Assembly (NCBI GenBank): GCA_910592345.1
Contig: CAJVPI010000080.1
Span: 1 to 59,361, forward strand
Reading direction: 5' to 3'
Origin: Paraglomus brasilianum
Taxonomy: Eukaryota
DNA length: 59,361 nucleotides
The notes under the pieces are model-generated. The model made no database searches, was not told the DNA's origin, and saw only the letters and a list, made by a program, of their open reading frames with translations. This document shows positions 38,155 through 51,900 of this stretch, piece by piece (positions within the stretch are counted from its first letter, which is position 1; each line of letters opens with the position of its first letter). A program made the translations under genes and the position numbers.

Positions 38155-38718
38155 GTCACATCCTCTCGATAAGGCTTACAAAAATCTCGTGGTTAGTTTG
38201 AACCAATGTTGTTTCGACTTAAAATGCTTGCTTATCGATAAGGCATTACAATAACCCTTTAATTCACCTAAATAGTCGAAGATTACCTATACTCGATAAG
38301 CCGGTACACGTGATATTTGTAATACGTGACACTATTTCCTTCAATTTTAACTGGTTGATCACAAATCGTACGGTAATAATTATCCAGTATAAAATTCGTT
38401 ATGGCATTACAATCATACGATTCAACCACAATACGTCATTGAAACATGCCATAGATTAGATACGATTAGAGCAATATCATGTCATTGAATCATACGATTA
38501 GAGCAATATCATGTCATTGAATCATACGATTAAAACAGTAAATATGTCATTAAATCATACGATTAAAGAAATAAACATGTCAGGAGATCATACGAATTAA
38601 AGAAATGAACATGTCGATTCTCTAAGACAAGCAAGTCTACAGGAATATTTTTTAATTAAATATTTTTTATCACGTGAGTCTCGATAACTCGTTGGCCGGC
38701 TTATCGAGACTGACTGTG
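38155..38718. mobile_element. Degenerate pogo-like MITE with CTCGATAAGCCGG subterminal inverted repeats
   Basis: CTCGATAAG at ~38165 and CTCGATAAGCCGG..CACGTGATA at ~38292 are inverted to TATCACGTG..CCGGCTTATCGAGACTGACTGTG|TA at 38668-38720. The left boundary is uncertain. Confidence 0.55.
38412..38615. repeat. ~32-33-bp minisatellite (ATCATACGATT...ATGTCA) inside the MITE, ~6 copies
   Basis: ATCATACGA(T/A)T cores at 38412, ~38459 (degenerate), 38489, 38521, 38554 and 38587. Confidence 0.85.
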
Positions 38719-40129
38719 TACATGAAGAAAGATGTTTAATATCATTTTAGTTAAGTCCTTAACCACCATTTAGAACAAAATATTCATCGGGGGCAAGTAT
38801 TTAAACATAATAATAACTACAAAAAAAAATTATAATTTAATATTTAGTTGCATGCCTTTTAGCTCTTCTTGAAGAAGCAAGACTGGGCTGAAATGAAATT
38901 GGGCAGTGATTTTACTAAAGTAGTGGATAATTCTATCGCAATTAGATTGAGTTGGGGTACTATGTCGAGTTTGTCTAATGAATAGAGCAAAGTGAACATA
39001 ATAATAATCATTAGAAAAATTCAGAGTTTAAACCCACTGAAAGCCACAAGCTGTCCACTTATATTCCTATTCTGCCCCAATATTAAAGCAATCACGATCT
39101 ACTTTGGGTCTGTATTGTATGATAGCGTAATAAAGATCACAGTCTATGAGCAAGTAATGAGCAAATAACATAACGATAACTCGCTCATAATTTTTTTATT
39201 ATTAAAATGCGATTGTCGCTCTTGAAGATATAAATAATAAAGTATTAAGGAGAAAATACTCAGACCATGAATATCCCTATTACTATGCTTTGGTTACTCT
39301 GGTGCAACTTACTGTATATTACACTATTTTGTTATATTATCTTACCATTGTCAACCTTAATTTCTTCAAATTTATTATTATTAGCTTGTTCTTTACGTAT
39401 GCCTTATCAATCCATTGTTAAATTGCTCTTATTGTAGATGTAGCAATAGCCGGGAAGCTTCTGATTTTAAATGCATTTTGAATCCAACCCATTGTCGAGT
39501 CAACAATCGCGGGAGAACAATCAATCAACTCAAGGAATTTAGCTATAGTGTTTTTTGCCCCAACAGTAATACTAATGTTATTTCTTGGATAAATAAAAGA
39601 CCATCGTGCTAACTTTGAGAATATTGATGCCTTTTGGAGAATAATTGAGTCTATTGTATACAAAAAAAGCGAATATTGAACTGGTTTTTGGGAATGTAAG
39701 TGGTAGCAATTTATTGTATAACTCTTGGATTTATTTTCTTAGCCATTCTTATATAGATTGTGTCAGCACAAAGTACTTTTATGGGGCCACTATAAATACT
39801 CAGATATTTCAAATTCAAATATTTCAAGGTCCTGCAGAGAATGTTACTAATAATATATCAGTATGTACAATGATGTCTCTCCTGTATCTATTCTTCCTAA
39901 ATATACTGATAAAAATTTATTACTTGAATTTCAAGAATGAATTATCACACCTGATATGAGATTTATCAAGAAGTAAGAAAAATAATAAACCATAAACAAA
40001 CCTTAACCCCAGCTCATTATGAACCAACAAAGAAACAAAACGTAAGGAAAACAACTCCAGCATATTAATATTTGCACTGGAGCGGTAACCACGTGATAAA
40101 AAAGGTAAGATTATCAGTTTTTTGTTGAA

Positions 40130-40570
40130 AAAAGCCCCAACCAGTATGCCCTTACATTTTGATACAGCTTAACCAACTCCAAAAACCTTACACCATCGGA
40201 GAAAGTGATAATGATAATCCATTATTAATGGAAGACGAAAGAAAATACTTCTGATTCAGATAAAATAAAATACATAAGACCTTTCTACATCGTTTGTAAA
40301 AACGGAACTACTGTAAGATTTTCAATTCTTCCTCTAGAAACTGGAGTCTGCATTCAGGAAAAACTGTTGAAGACACCTTTATGATGAATGTGTCTGAATA
40401 TTCAGAAAGATGTAAACAGAAGAAAAAAACTGACACCCATTGAAAAAGCTGTCTTATGATTGATACCTCAGGCTCATTGATCTTCCAGCTCATATGAGAG
40501 CTTGATTTAGACATTTTATGACACAAGAAACTATGAAGACTTGCTCAAAGTTCCAGAGCTTTCTGAAGAT
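40130..40570 (+). pseudogene. Fragment of a decayed multicopy lineage-specific gene (CpG-poor)
   Basis: Interrupted translation SSRNWSLHSGKTVEDTF..KKLTPIEKAVL..LRLIDLPAHMRA*F. It resembles the W-x-L-x-SG-x-x-VED motif of expanded Mucoromycota families (recalled, not searched). Confidence 0.35.
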
Positions 40571-41049
40571 GGAATAATTAGTAAGCGCCGCTAAAATAGA
40601 TTTATTAGTCCGATCGAAAGACATAAAGCAGCGCAAGTTTCAGCTAGTGTCGGTGTGTTCATAGTCTTTAAATCTTTATTCTTATCCTTGTCAATAAACG
40701 AGTATCGCATTTACTCTGAATATATACAATTGATATTATATATGCTCCCCTTAATTATTCGATGTAGTTATTGCAACCACTAATCCCTATCGACGAAGGA
40801 TAATCGCCTCTTGTCTTGGGATTATCCAAGTGGTATTTACGATAATTAGTTGTTACTTATTGAAACGCGTGAGATACTCCGCCGGAAGACTATCGGCTAA
40901 TCCCATGATAGGACAATTAATTTATCTAGGATATCGACATAGTAAAGTCGGAATTGTAAAAGTCTAGTGTTTTAAAGGTCACTAACTGTCTATTTGAATT
41001 AACTATAGCCACGCTCCGTTCGAAATTCCTAGTGCCGATTATTGACTGT

Positions 41050-41924
41050 TCTCCCGCAATAGCTGGCACGACAGATGGCAATAGTCACACAGAAATAGGC
41101 GGCCTCGTCAACGGACTGAACAAGGGACTCGAAATAAGACAAAATTGTAAATCAAGCATAATCTTCAGCTTTTATCTTAATTATTTACATATTTATGTTT
41201 AATAGGAGAGGCATTTTGCCTTCAAGCAAGTCCTTATGTGCGTTTTTTAGCATCAACTGCTATGCAAAAACAATTTCCGGTCGATATCGGTCTGGCAGGG
41301 TTAACCAATCGATTTTAAATGGCTTGTCAGACTTGAATGGAACAATGAATAAGCAGGACTGGTAAATTTTTCGTTATGCAGTTTGCCGGGGTTTAATGGA
41401 CGAATGTTAATAGAGGACTTAATCAATGAATTTTACGTAATCTTCCCTGGAGGGCAACCTATTCGTAAATATCTTATAGAATATGGTAAAATTTTTGATA
41501 AATTAGAAAGTAAATTAGAAAAGGAATTTCTCGATAAACTAGAAAAAGTTCTTGCTGAACTGAATTTTGGTGGGGGTTTTTTTTATTTTTGGCCAAAAAT
41601 TCCAACTTCCAACAAAGCCTTCCCAGATTAAACAAACTATAAAAATTACAAAATATATCATGGTATGATCCATTATCTTTTCTCTCTGTTGTCAGAAAGG
41701 CTTATTGTTCTAATTAATTATTTGATGAATAGTTGAAGAACGAGTATTATCCATTCAATCGTGTCTTCAAAATTAATGAGCCTGACAATATCACATTACA
41801 AATCTGGAATATGCGAATCCCGAAAAACAAAGAGTTTGTCTTCAATTGTAATCTTAGTGTCAGCTTTGCAAAAGTAACAATTAATAAAACAATCTCTCAG
41901 TACTACGTCGTTCACGTGAAATGA
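41050..41924 (+). CDS. Hypothetical multi-exon gene or remnant
   Basis: Short open segments bounded by plausible AG/GT sites (e.g. GCAG|TTTGCCG..CCTATTC|GTAAAT; AATAG|TTGAAGAAC..CACGTGAAATGA). No recognised domain; start not resolved. Confidence 0.3.
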
Positions 41925-43924
41925 TTGTAGTTTAGTGTCGTTTTATAAGTGAATAGCATGATCTTTTTTTCATATTAAATCCAAGAAAAATCACATGACA
42001 TAGATCAGTCTCTATATAGCATGATTTTAGCAATCTCAGGCTGTCCAAAGTTTGCCAAGAAAAAAGGTCTATGTCTGAATATTCATTCTCATTCTACCTT
42101 CAACTCATTACCTCATCAAATGCACAAAATAATATGGATGTTGACTAATACAATCAACAAAACCAATCTCACGATTCTCAGTTAATCTTACCTCCTGGAA
42201 ACACTGTCAATAATTCTACAAGTCCTAAAGAGACTACAGAAACTCCAACTTCTTTATCTAACAACTATCACTAACATTGATGTCAATATGGTAGATGATT
42301 CCAATATTGACGCTAATATTAACACAGCAGATTAATAAGAGCGTTGGAGCGTTGGAGCGTTGGAACGTTGGAACATGTAGAGAATGAGAGAATTCTACTC
42401 ATTTATCGCTGTACCAGGAATTATTTTTCTATCAATAAAGCGACGTCAAATTACGATAAGTAGAATTGGCAGATCGCGCGTACGATTTTGTATCACATGT
42501 GGAATCACCTGATGTTGCAAACGTAAAAAATTATTGATAATAACGCAATCTTAGATAATCACGATCTTGCATAGCCATCCATTATTATTATGCTGCAGGT
42601 TCAAGGTTTCATACTATTGGAATTACCTTTTTTTTTCTGGTGGGAATAAATGAAATCAATTCCGTTTAGCATTAATCCGGTTTTTTTAATTGCATAGTCA
42701 AAAATAGTATGATGCAGGTTTGACTTCAAGAATCTATCATCACGAACAAGATAATAAATGCTAGACAGAAAAGCAGTGTGATACCTGGTACGTGTAGCAA
42801 AGTTTCGGTGGATAACACAAGTCGCTTTATTACAATGTACCAACTCTAGAGAATGCTGTAGTGAACAAAGTTCAAAATTTGAGGGCACAACCCTCTTTTC
42901 TTGGTACATTAAAAAGTACACTCTACAAAAGCTATACATTACATATTGTTATATTTCCAGCCGTCACATTCAGTACGCCTCATTTTGTCTTTACTGCCAT
43001 TGTTTGTCTGCTTTTGTCATAAGGGTACTACGTTATACATCAGGGATCTACATCTGTACTACAATTATTTCATCACTTTTACCTGTTGTGCTACTGCACA
43101 TCTGCTACTGCGTGTATGAGAGAAAAAAAGGCATTCTCTCTTTCAATCTAGTCGTGTGTGGTGATCGTGGGATAATACAATGCGAATGCGAACTAGATTG
43201 TTTATGTTAAAGATCGAGCGAATATTAATTGTAGATTAGCGTGTTACCATCATTGGTAATGGAATTCAATGTTCTTTATGTAGAAAACGATCTTTAAAGC
43301 ATACTAATGACAACGATGAGAATATTTATCGGTTTGACTTTCGGACATGGGATTATTATCCATGGTCCGATAAAAACAAGTGTTATTTATTCTTGTGCGT
43401 TTGTTTGAAAAATTGCTATCATCGAACATGTGACTATCACTCGCGTAAAGCGAACAAAGCGAACAGTATTATTATTATCTTGGTTCGTTGAAAAAAAAAA
43501 AAAAAAAGGGAAGGTAAATAATTGTCAATCTCTCAAGTCCACTCGAAACAGAGGTGTTTCCTTATTACCTCAAATGTTGAAACAAAAGAAAAAAATCTAA
43601 TCCTATGCGAGAGAAATAATGTTCATCTCGTTTGAGAAAAGTTGTTTTTTCGTTGAATTTTTTCCGTTTTTATACTTTTTTTTTGTTGTTTTATCTTTTT
43701 CTTCCCTTCTTTTTGCCCCCACTACCCCCCCGCCAGCAATGTAACTGCAACTGCTTTTCGCACGGATGTGTTTCAAGCTAATAGCTTAAGTAGATTCTGG
43801 ATTGAAAGTACGTATGCCATGTCCAATAATGTTCTTCCGCTTGATTAGAATTCCGCCACATTAATAGACAATCTTGAAGTCACAGTTAAATCTCGTTAGT
43901 CAGTTGTTTCTTTGCTCAATAAAC

Positions 43925-45183
43925 CTAATACGTAATATCCCACACGTGGCGCAGATGATCGGGTATAGCCATTGGAATTCCGCAATGATTGTTTTCGTGT
44001 TTAGTTGCACATTGCGATCCCCAAATCTCTCTGATCTGAGCTGATGCCAGATTCTTGCTACTTGCGCCCGCGCAGTACGAGTATTGTCTCTCCAAATAAG
44101 GACTCAAACAGCTCGTGTCTATGCAGTAGTCTTCTACGACCAATCCATCATTATCGGTTGTGAAAAGATGATAATCCCATTGTTGATCATCATCGACCAT
44201 GACCGAGTCATCGATGACGAAAGGAGAATCAACGATAAACGGAGAGTCAATTACTGAAGTTTCACTCGTATATGGTGAACTAGATTGAGAGGATACTCCC
44301 GAATAGTTAGGATGACGATAACCGAGAGTTGAGAAAATTTTGGTTGCTGCAGAATAACGTTTAAATTCGGACATGCATTTATATGCATGTAACAAAGGTA
44401 CATATTGACGTAATTGTCTAAGCCATTCGTCGTAACTATCGCTCTTGATGAATAAGCTAAAGTCTTTATCGAGAAATATCTTCAATTCCAATTGATTAAG
44501 TTCTTTGAGGGGAATACCGGCCAGATGAGCCCAGACTTTATTCTCCCAGCTACAGTCGTCCAGATATTTCTGAGCGAGCATTATGGCTATCGCAATAAAG
44601 CGCGTGATAGACGTAAAATCCATTTGGAAGGTTGAATTAATTTGAGAAAGCGTTCGGGCATAATAGAGTGTTAGATAAATAGCGTGTTCTTCATGCTCTA
44701 TAATTTTAAAAAGCTAAAAAGAGTTGGATGAAATAATGTTAGTTTTCTTGTGGAATGCTTGATAAAAGTCAACGGCTATTTCACTAAAAGTAAAATAGAG
44801 CAAAAGCGGTATGTGACTATAGTTGTGTTCAATATGTGCTCAGCTAGTCTTCTATCTTGATGAGTCTTATTCACTCATATTATTACTAGTTCCCAAAATC
44901 TTAATCACTAATAATATCGCTAATAGTATAGTCAATACCCGAGCTGTACAATCAATAATACGACCGCACAATCACATAGACAAGAAAATCATATTCTTAC
45001 CTCATCGACGGCGTCTATAAGGTCTCCGCTGGCTAAAAATGATAAATGTTCGGGCCAACGAAGCGCAGGAAGACCGTCATTTCGGTAGCACGTGTAGAAT
45101 TGATGAAATATATGTGCCGCCACCTCATGTAATAATTTCTTAAAATGGGGCGTTGCTCTATCTTCGATCGTTTTAGGCGCCAT
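43925..45183 (-). CDS. Pho80/Pcl-family cyclin
   Basis: Exons 45183-45001 and 44713-43925 join in frame. Cyclin_PHO80-type box AIYLTLYYARTL..RFIAIAIMLAQKYLDDCSWENKVWAHLAGIPLKELNQLEL. Confidence 0.85.
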
Positions 45184-48100
45184 TTCAAAAGTCCTAGTAG
45201 CAATAGAGAGAATATGTTTGAATATAATTGTAACGTGTATGTCTTGCAACAGCAGGCATATGTATCTATTTAAAAAACAGGAATTTATCCATGTATGTTA
45301 TAAGCATACAAGCATAATCCATATGCAATTATGTAGAGAGAATGCAATTGATATAAGCGCGGTATGCACTAGTTGCGGCTGAGCAGGTAGAGCACAGACA
45401 ACGAGTGAGTATTTATCAGGAACGCCATAACTGAATTGTAGACTAAATTTATTGTCATGCTACCAAAAGTCTTGCCATTTCTCTGATCCTAAACTCGCTT
45501 TCTGGCTTTTTTTTTTTCGCCCTTCCGTCCAATCTCAATGCCTTACCTTTATCTGATATTCGTAAAAGGGCTAACAGTTAAAGAGGATAAATGAAATAAA
45601 ATAGAAATGAAAATTATATATATATATGAATATATATGAATATAGACATATAAATATATATAAATATATGTATAATGAAAATTTAAAAGGTAGAAGTAAA
45701 CTCGTAGCAGCAAAACCACAAGCCCCTTCGTAACCTCGCAAAACCGGTAAACGAGACCTTTAGTACAAAGGAAATTCGTCCACGACGAACTACTTGTGAA
45801 AGTAGCAGTTCGTAAGTGGGTGGTTTCAGAGAACGAAGAGTGTTTGTAGAAATCGCAAGCCATTATATCCGGTGAAAAAAAAAAAAAAGCCCCTATCAGC
45901 TATGCTATTGACAGCGGGTTTGTTACACTATCAGTATATTGTAAGGATAATGGCAAGAATAACACATCTACGCCACAAATTTTAGGGTTCGCAGTGCAGT
46001 TATCAATTGCTACACAGAGTTCTCTCGAACCCCGCTTCGTTGCCCTATTCTCTTTTTTTCCCACCTTGAACGATTGAGCAGAATCAACCGATCTGTCGGA
46101 TGTATTGATTCATGTAGTCTAGCCATCAAATTCACATAACAAATCGTGTGACCGAGATGCTCGATTTTTCGCATGAAAAGATTGGATGTTTAGTCATCGG
46201 TACCAATCATAAAGCTCAATGACATATGAATGTGTCATTCCGAATCCCTTATTTAACCAAACGTCTCTCTCTCCAAGCAGTGAAAGGTGGAAGTGAAAAA
46301 GTTTGGTCGGGATGTCTTATGACACGAATAACCATACAGAATAAATTAGTCTTTCATATTTTGTCATATGCTCCAGCGTTATTGATGCACGCTTGTCGAC
46401 TTTTGTAAAGCTTCTTTGAAGAGCAAGAAAAGTCATTAATACATGAGAATAATAATAGTCAATAGTCATACAAGATCATGCCAAACAACTTCTTCTACGA
46501 AGAGATTTGACAGGCCATTATTATTACCCTGCACAATCTGCTCGCTAATGTGTTCCTGTTCAACATGTTCTTCCTTTTTTTGTTAGAGACAATAGTGTAA
46601 TTGCTTTCCACATATAGTAAATTCACTTGTCTTTCCATTCCACGAGTGTTAAGGGATTGACATGTGGAGATGGATGGTACATAATCAACCAGAGCGCATA
46701 CTTTGCCTTTTATCTCGGGACAAGAAATTTCCTGGGTGCATCAATTACACGCATATATATAGTGTGGTCTTTTGAAAATCACTGCTATGCTATTGTTTGA
46801 CCAAGGCAAAGCGATCACGATTAATATAATGGTTGGATGTAGCACCATTAACTTGTACGTGGAGAATTTCGTTTTCCATATGATATGACGATCTTTTGCT
46901 ACTGTCTTTTTCCGTTTTGTAATGTCGTGTTACATATTAACATGAACACTTCCTAGTAAGAATTTCCAACAATTTGCGCATCGGCGATTTAATACTTTCC
47001 CAAGGACGGGATATTACAGCGTTTTTATGAGAAAAATCAACAATTACGAAAGCTATTGTTTGTTTTATTGGGTCCGTGTGTGAGTTTTGAAAAATAGGCA
47101 CACATAAGTCAAAAGACATTGAACTCTAAATAGGAATGCAAATTAATGATAGCAAGCTACTTATTTAACTTATTGGTTAGTAGCAATACTTCTATCAATC
47201 GTAAGAATGAGTAGAGCAACAGGCTGCCATGTGCCCCGATCATATGTTCTTCTATAACAAGGATAATAAGTTTCGTACGCATGAGTCAGAGCTGTTAGCT
47301 AATTCCGCGATGAAACTTACATTAATGATACCTTGCGATTACATGACTAGCTTCAAATTTAGTAGCACATAATACAATTAATCATTTGATCTAGCTAGCT
47401 CTGAATATTTCCCACTCGTAGCTTTATTCTTCTCTCGCCAGACGTGTTTTTGTGATTGCATTTTATGAAAGAAAAAATTTTATTCTTTAGCAAAGCGTTC
47501 GCCTTAATAACCATTAACGCAAACCCTTATTAAAGTCCAAGTCTTCGGTGATACAACAAATCAATATTACCGAATGCTGGAAATATCAAGAATGTTCACT
47601 TAAGGTCTTGAGCAAAATCCTATCACAAAGCTGTCCCCAATATTCACTCACACCATTGCCAAATGAAATGTTTTGCCAAAAGCATTGTTCTCATAAATTG
47701 CTTATGGTTTTGGGCATCCCACGTTTTAGCCTTGTTCACGATATACCGCTAATTATTGTAAGCGCTTTGATCAACATTATAAGAACGTTATCCGCCTCGC
47801 TGTTATACAGAAATTTAAATTAGATTCATTTTATAAACGCGTTTAATAAAAGGTACACATACATTCATGTATAATTGCACTTTAGTCAAAAAGCATAATT
47901 TATACGTGTGGCAAAAAAGTGACGTAATAAACATACGACAATTTAGATAGATCTTGCAAATCTTTCGCTATATTGGCGCTTGACATTCCGTCATTAATTA
48001 CTATCATGTTGTCGCCTTTTCGAGTCTGCATGCCGAAAGAATAACTCATTCAATGGTAATCGAGTCCAGAACTTCCGTCCTAATTATGTGTTTAATAAAA

Positions 48101-48692
48101 TTGTCCCGTTGGATCGGAATTATCAATCTCTATTAACGCTATTTACAACTTCATTACCAATCACTGTCATTGCTATCGATAATATAGACAATGTCCTTTT
48201 CGTCATTCGTCTGCTATCAATACAATTTCACTTGTCTTCTTTGGTTTGTGTATTATGTATTGAAAAAAAGTGATCAAATCATAAGATTTAAAACCGTCTT
48301 ATGGCAAATAAAAAGTTTCTTTGTCCATAAACAACAAATATAAGAGAGAGAAAAACGAAGAAGGGATTACTTTACACGAGAGTATATGCAAGTATGCTAA
48401 GTCAAAGGAGAATCGACAGAAGAACAACCACCTAAATGCCGAACGCACTCGACACATCTAGTAAATAAATCTCCATAAAAATCAACCTATATCTATATAT
48501 TGACATGTACGTGGAATGTAATATGCATTAGACGAATATACATAACAAATGTAGTAAGTAAGGGTACGAGAGAAAGAAACAATATTATATACTATAAAGA
48601 GTCACTGTAAGAGTAAATGTAGATGAAATTGCACAGAAATTATGAGATATCAAACACCACCCCACCCACCTTCCATCACCCTCCCTCCCCCT

Positions 48693-48722
48693 CCCATCCC
48701 ATCCCATCCCATCCCATCCCAT
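48693..48722. repeat. (CCCAT)n microsatellite
   Basis: Six CCCAT units just downstream of the histidine kinase stop codon. Confidence 0.9.
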
Positions 48723-48910
48723 CCCCCCAAAAAGCAAAAACTGAAACCAAAGTGAATGTTCACACAATTTCTTCCTTTTTGTCCAAATCCGTTACAAAAT
48801 ATCACTAAAGTATCTAAACTCAACTATACATTTTAATTACATGAACATCCACTTCTGATAATTTGTATCTTCCTTGCACAACCTAAACCCTCAATATTCC
48901 ATTGTCCTGT

Positions 48911-51900
48911 TCAGGATATCCGTGATTTCGCCTTATCAGAATCCCCGAGAACTCTTCTGATAACATCACTGAGAACGGCAAAGTTGACCGGTTTGCTCAC
49001 ATACGCGGTAAATCCTGCTTCTTGGCATTTTTGAGTAACATCTGTCATCACATTCGCAGAAAGTGCTACTATCGGAATCGGAAGCTCGCTCCCAGACTTG
49101 AGATTCTCGGATTCCCATTTTCTGATTTCTTCCGTTGTCCCATAGCCATCTAAGACGAGCAACACGAAAATTAGCGCAAGTAAAAAGATCGATCTGTGTA
49201 GATATAGGGAATGGAGTAAAGCAACTCACCTTTAAGGGGCATAAATAGATCACACTGATGGGCAATACGAATGTTTTCGTTAGTTCAGAAATCATGAACA
49301 CATATGATCATACTCTGACAATAAATTGTATACCCACCAATATCAGACTGAAATAATCATAGGAATGTGAAAAAAACTCGCTCAGACATTGAATTCCATT
49401 AGCCGCAACGGTAACATCCAGGCCTACTTTCTTCAGATACTTCATCATAACTAGAAAGAATAAATCAGTCAACTTGACAACGCTCATCCTAAACACATAC
49501 AGCACAAAGCCATTCTATCCCAAACAACACAAACCTCTTTGATTAACGGGGTCATCCTCAGCAAGCAATACTTTGTATCCTTTCCCACCAATATCATCTA
49601 CCATACTCTTAAACAGTTCTTTCTGTGACGTAACAATTCTATTCGTATTCTTTCTTTTCATGGAATTATTTCTCAATGCGGCTGAACTATTAAACAAACA
49701 CTCCATCTTACTCTTATTGACGGGTTTATATATGAAATCAACTCTGTTCGGTAATTCTCTTTTGTCTGCGCCTTCAAGAATACCAATTCGTTGGAATGGA
49801 CAAGTAAAGATAATACAATCGGCAGATGAGAGTTTGGGTGAATTCTTTACCATTGAAGCGAGAGTAATTATTTGTGCTTGCGATGAAAGGCTAATTAAAA
49901 TATGAGTATATTGTTTTATGACTGGAGATGCCAATGTCTTGCTAGCATCGGCAAAAGTCGTGAAAACGTCTATTTCCGAAGAGGCATTTGTCTTCAAGAT
50001 CGAACGAACATAATATTCAATGGTTTCCCGCGAATATAAGAGATCGGCAACTATGAAAACACATATGCTATGTGGGAGCTCCGTGTATTGATCGAATGAT
50101 TTTGTGGGCGCTATTAAATTGGAAGGCAATTTCTTTGGCGTTGTTGCGATATTGCTCACGTCGAACAAGTCAAGTGAGCTCTCTGCAAACGTTTGAGGTG
50201 GACTTAAAGGTGAAATTGCAGACACATTGGACGATAACGAAGAAGAGGAAGAGAGTGAAGAAGATAGAGAGGGCTGGGATGCCGAAGAGCCAGTCGAACT
50301 TGCAGACCTAGCACTATTGTTACTAATTGTTGACGTCATTTGATCATGCGAGCACACGCCATCATCTCCTCCTGCTGATCCCTTATTCGCCAAAGCCACT
50401 TCGGCTTTGCTATATCTAAAGAACGGAGAATTTGACACTTCGCCGGTTGGTGTCGGTGGACTCGGGACAGTCTCTTTTGACGGTATCAAAAACCGAGCCG
50501 AGAAATAAAAGGTCGATCCAACACCTTTCTTGCTGCTACAGGTCATCGCACCACCATGTAACTCAATCAATTGGCGCGATATAACAAGCCCGAGACCGCT
50601 TCCACCGTGCTTCCTTGTCGAGGATGATTCTGCCTGAGAATACGGCTTGAATATGAGTGCTTCTTCTTGTTTGTCGAAACCTTCACCAGTGTCGACTACT
50701 GCAAATAGAAGCATTATTGTGTTCTCATCAGGATCGAGGGATTTCACTGAGCATCTGGAAAATATTTCACCTGACGTTGTAAACTTTATAGCATTCTAAA
50801 TGTAGAAAATGAAGAAGGTAAAAAGATAAAAAGCGGGTTAGTCTATAAGATCGTCAGGCTGGAAGGGTAGTTATACACCGAGTATATACCTATACCCTTT
50901 AACCTGAGATATAGACTTGCTTGGTCAAGTTCGCTAAGTAAATAGAAATTCAAAAAAGTAGACTTTTTGTATTCATATCCGTTAGTACCTTAAGCACTAA
51001 CTACCTCTATTTTACGCCCCTCCCTTCCTCCACCCAATATTGCCTATCTCTACTTACCCCGACAAGATTTAGCAGCACTTGTCTCAACCTTGTCCGATCT
51101 CCGCAAACAACATCCGGTACATCGTCTTCAATAATAAAACTTAATTCTAATCCTTTTTGTATAGCCAAATTTGACAAGAGTTCGTTCGTGTCTTCCAGCA
51201 TCGTATGAATAGAAAATGGTTCGTATTCCAATTTCATCATTCCTGCTTCCACTTTACTCAGGTCGAGGATATCATTGATAACCATGAGCAAGGCGTCAGC
51301 TGATTGTTGAATTGTGTAGGCATAATCAAGCTGCTCATCCGTCATGTTCGTAGCGAGCATAAAACTTATTGTACCCGTTATACCAATTAATGGTGTTCGA
51401 ATCTCTGTATTATGAGACGAGAAGAAGAAATATGACGCAATTAATGAAAAGGCGAGGAATATGCTGGGACAACGGAACGCTCTCCTTTTCAACTTATACT
51501 TGCCATGCGACATGTTAGAGAGAAACCGCGTTTTGCTTTCCGTAAGACGTTGAGCTGCATCGTGAGCTGCCGTCAGTTCTTGTTCCATTATTTTGTGTTC
51601 GTTAATATCCGTACTACAAAAAAGAGTAAAATGTGTGAACGAAATGCCCTCATTCACATTTTCGTTTCATATACCATTCTGAAAGAACCTACCAAGTTCC
51701 AAACCACTTTCTGCCCTGCTCTGAAGATTCAACACTTATACATTTTACCAAGAACCACCTGTACGTCTCATCCTTTGCTTGCAACCTAACTTCTCTGGTG
51801 TATATTTCACCATGACCACCTTCCTGATTATTGTCCTGTGGTAGAACACACTTGTCACGATCTTCTGGGTGCACCAGACTCAAAAAGCCAAATCCTTTGG

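Noticed and set aside
38412..38615. CRISPR-like regularly spaced ATCATACGATT cores
   Set aside because: The intervening sequences resemble each other (diverged tandem units), the context is eukaryotic and no cas genes are present. It is a minisatellite.
39160..39960. Hydrophobic interrupted reading frame (possible membrane-protein pseudogene)
   Set aside because: Multiple stops and no family motif recognised.
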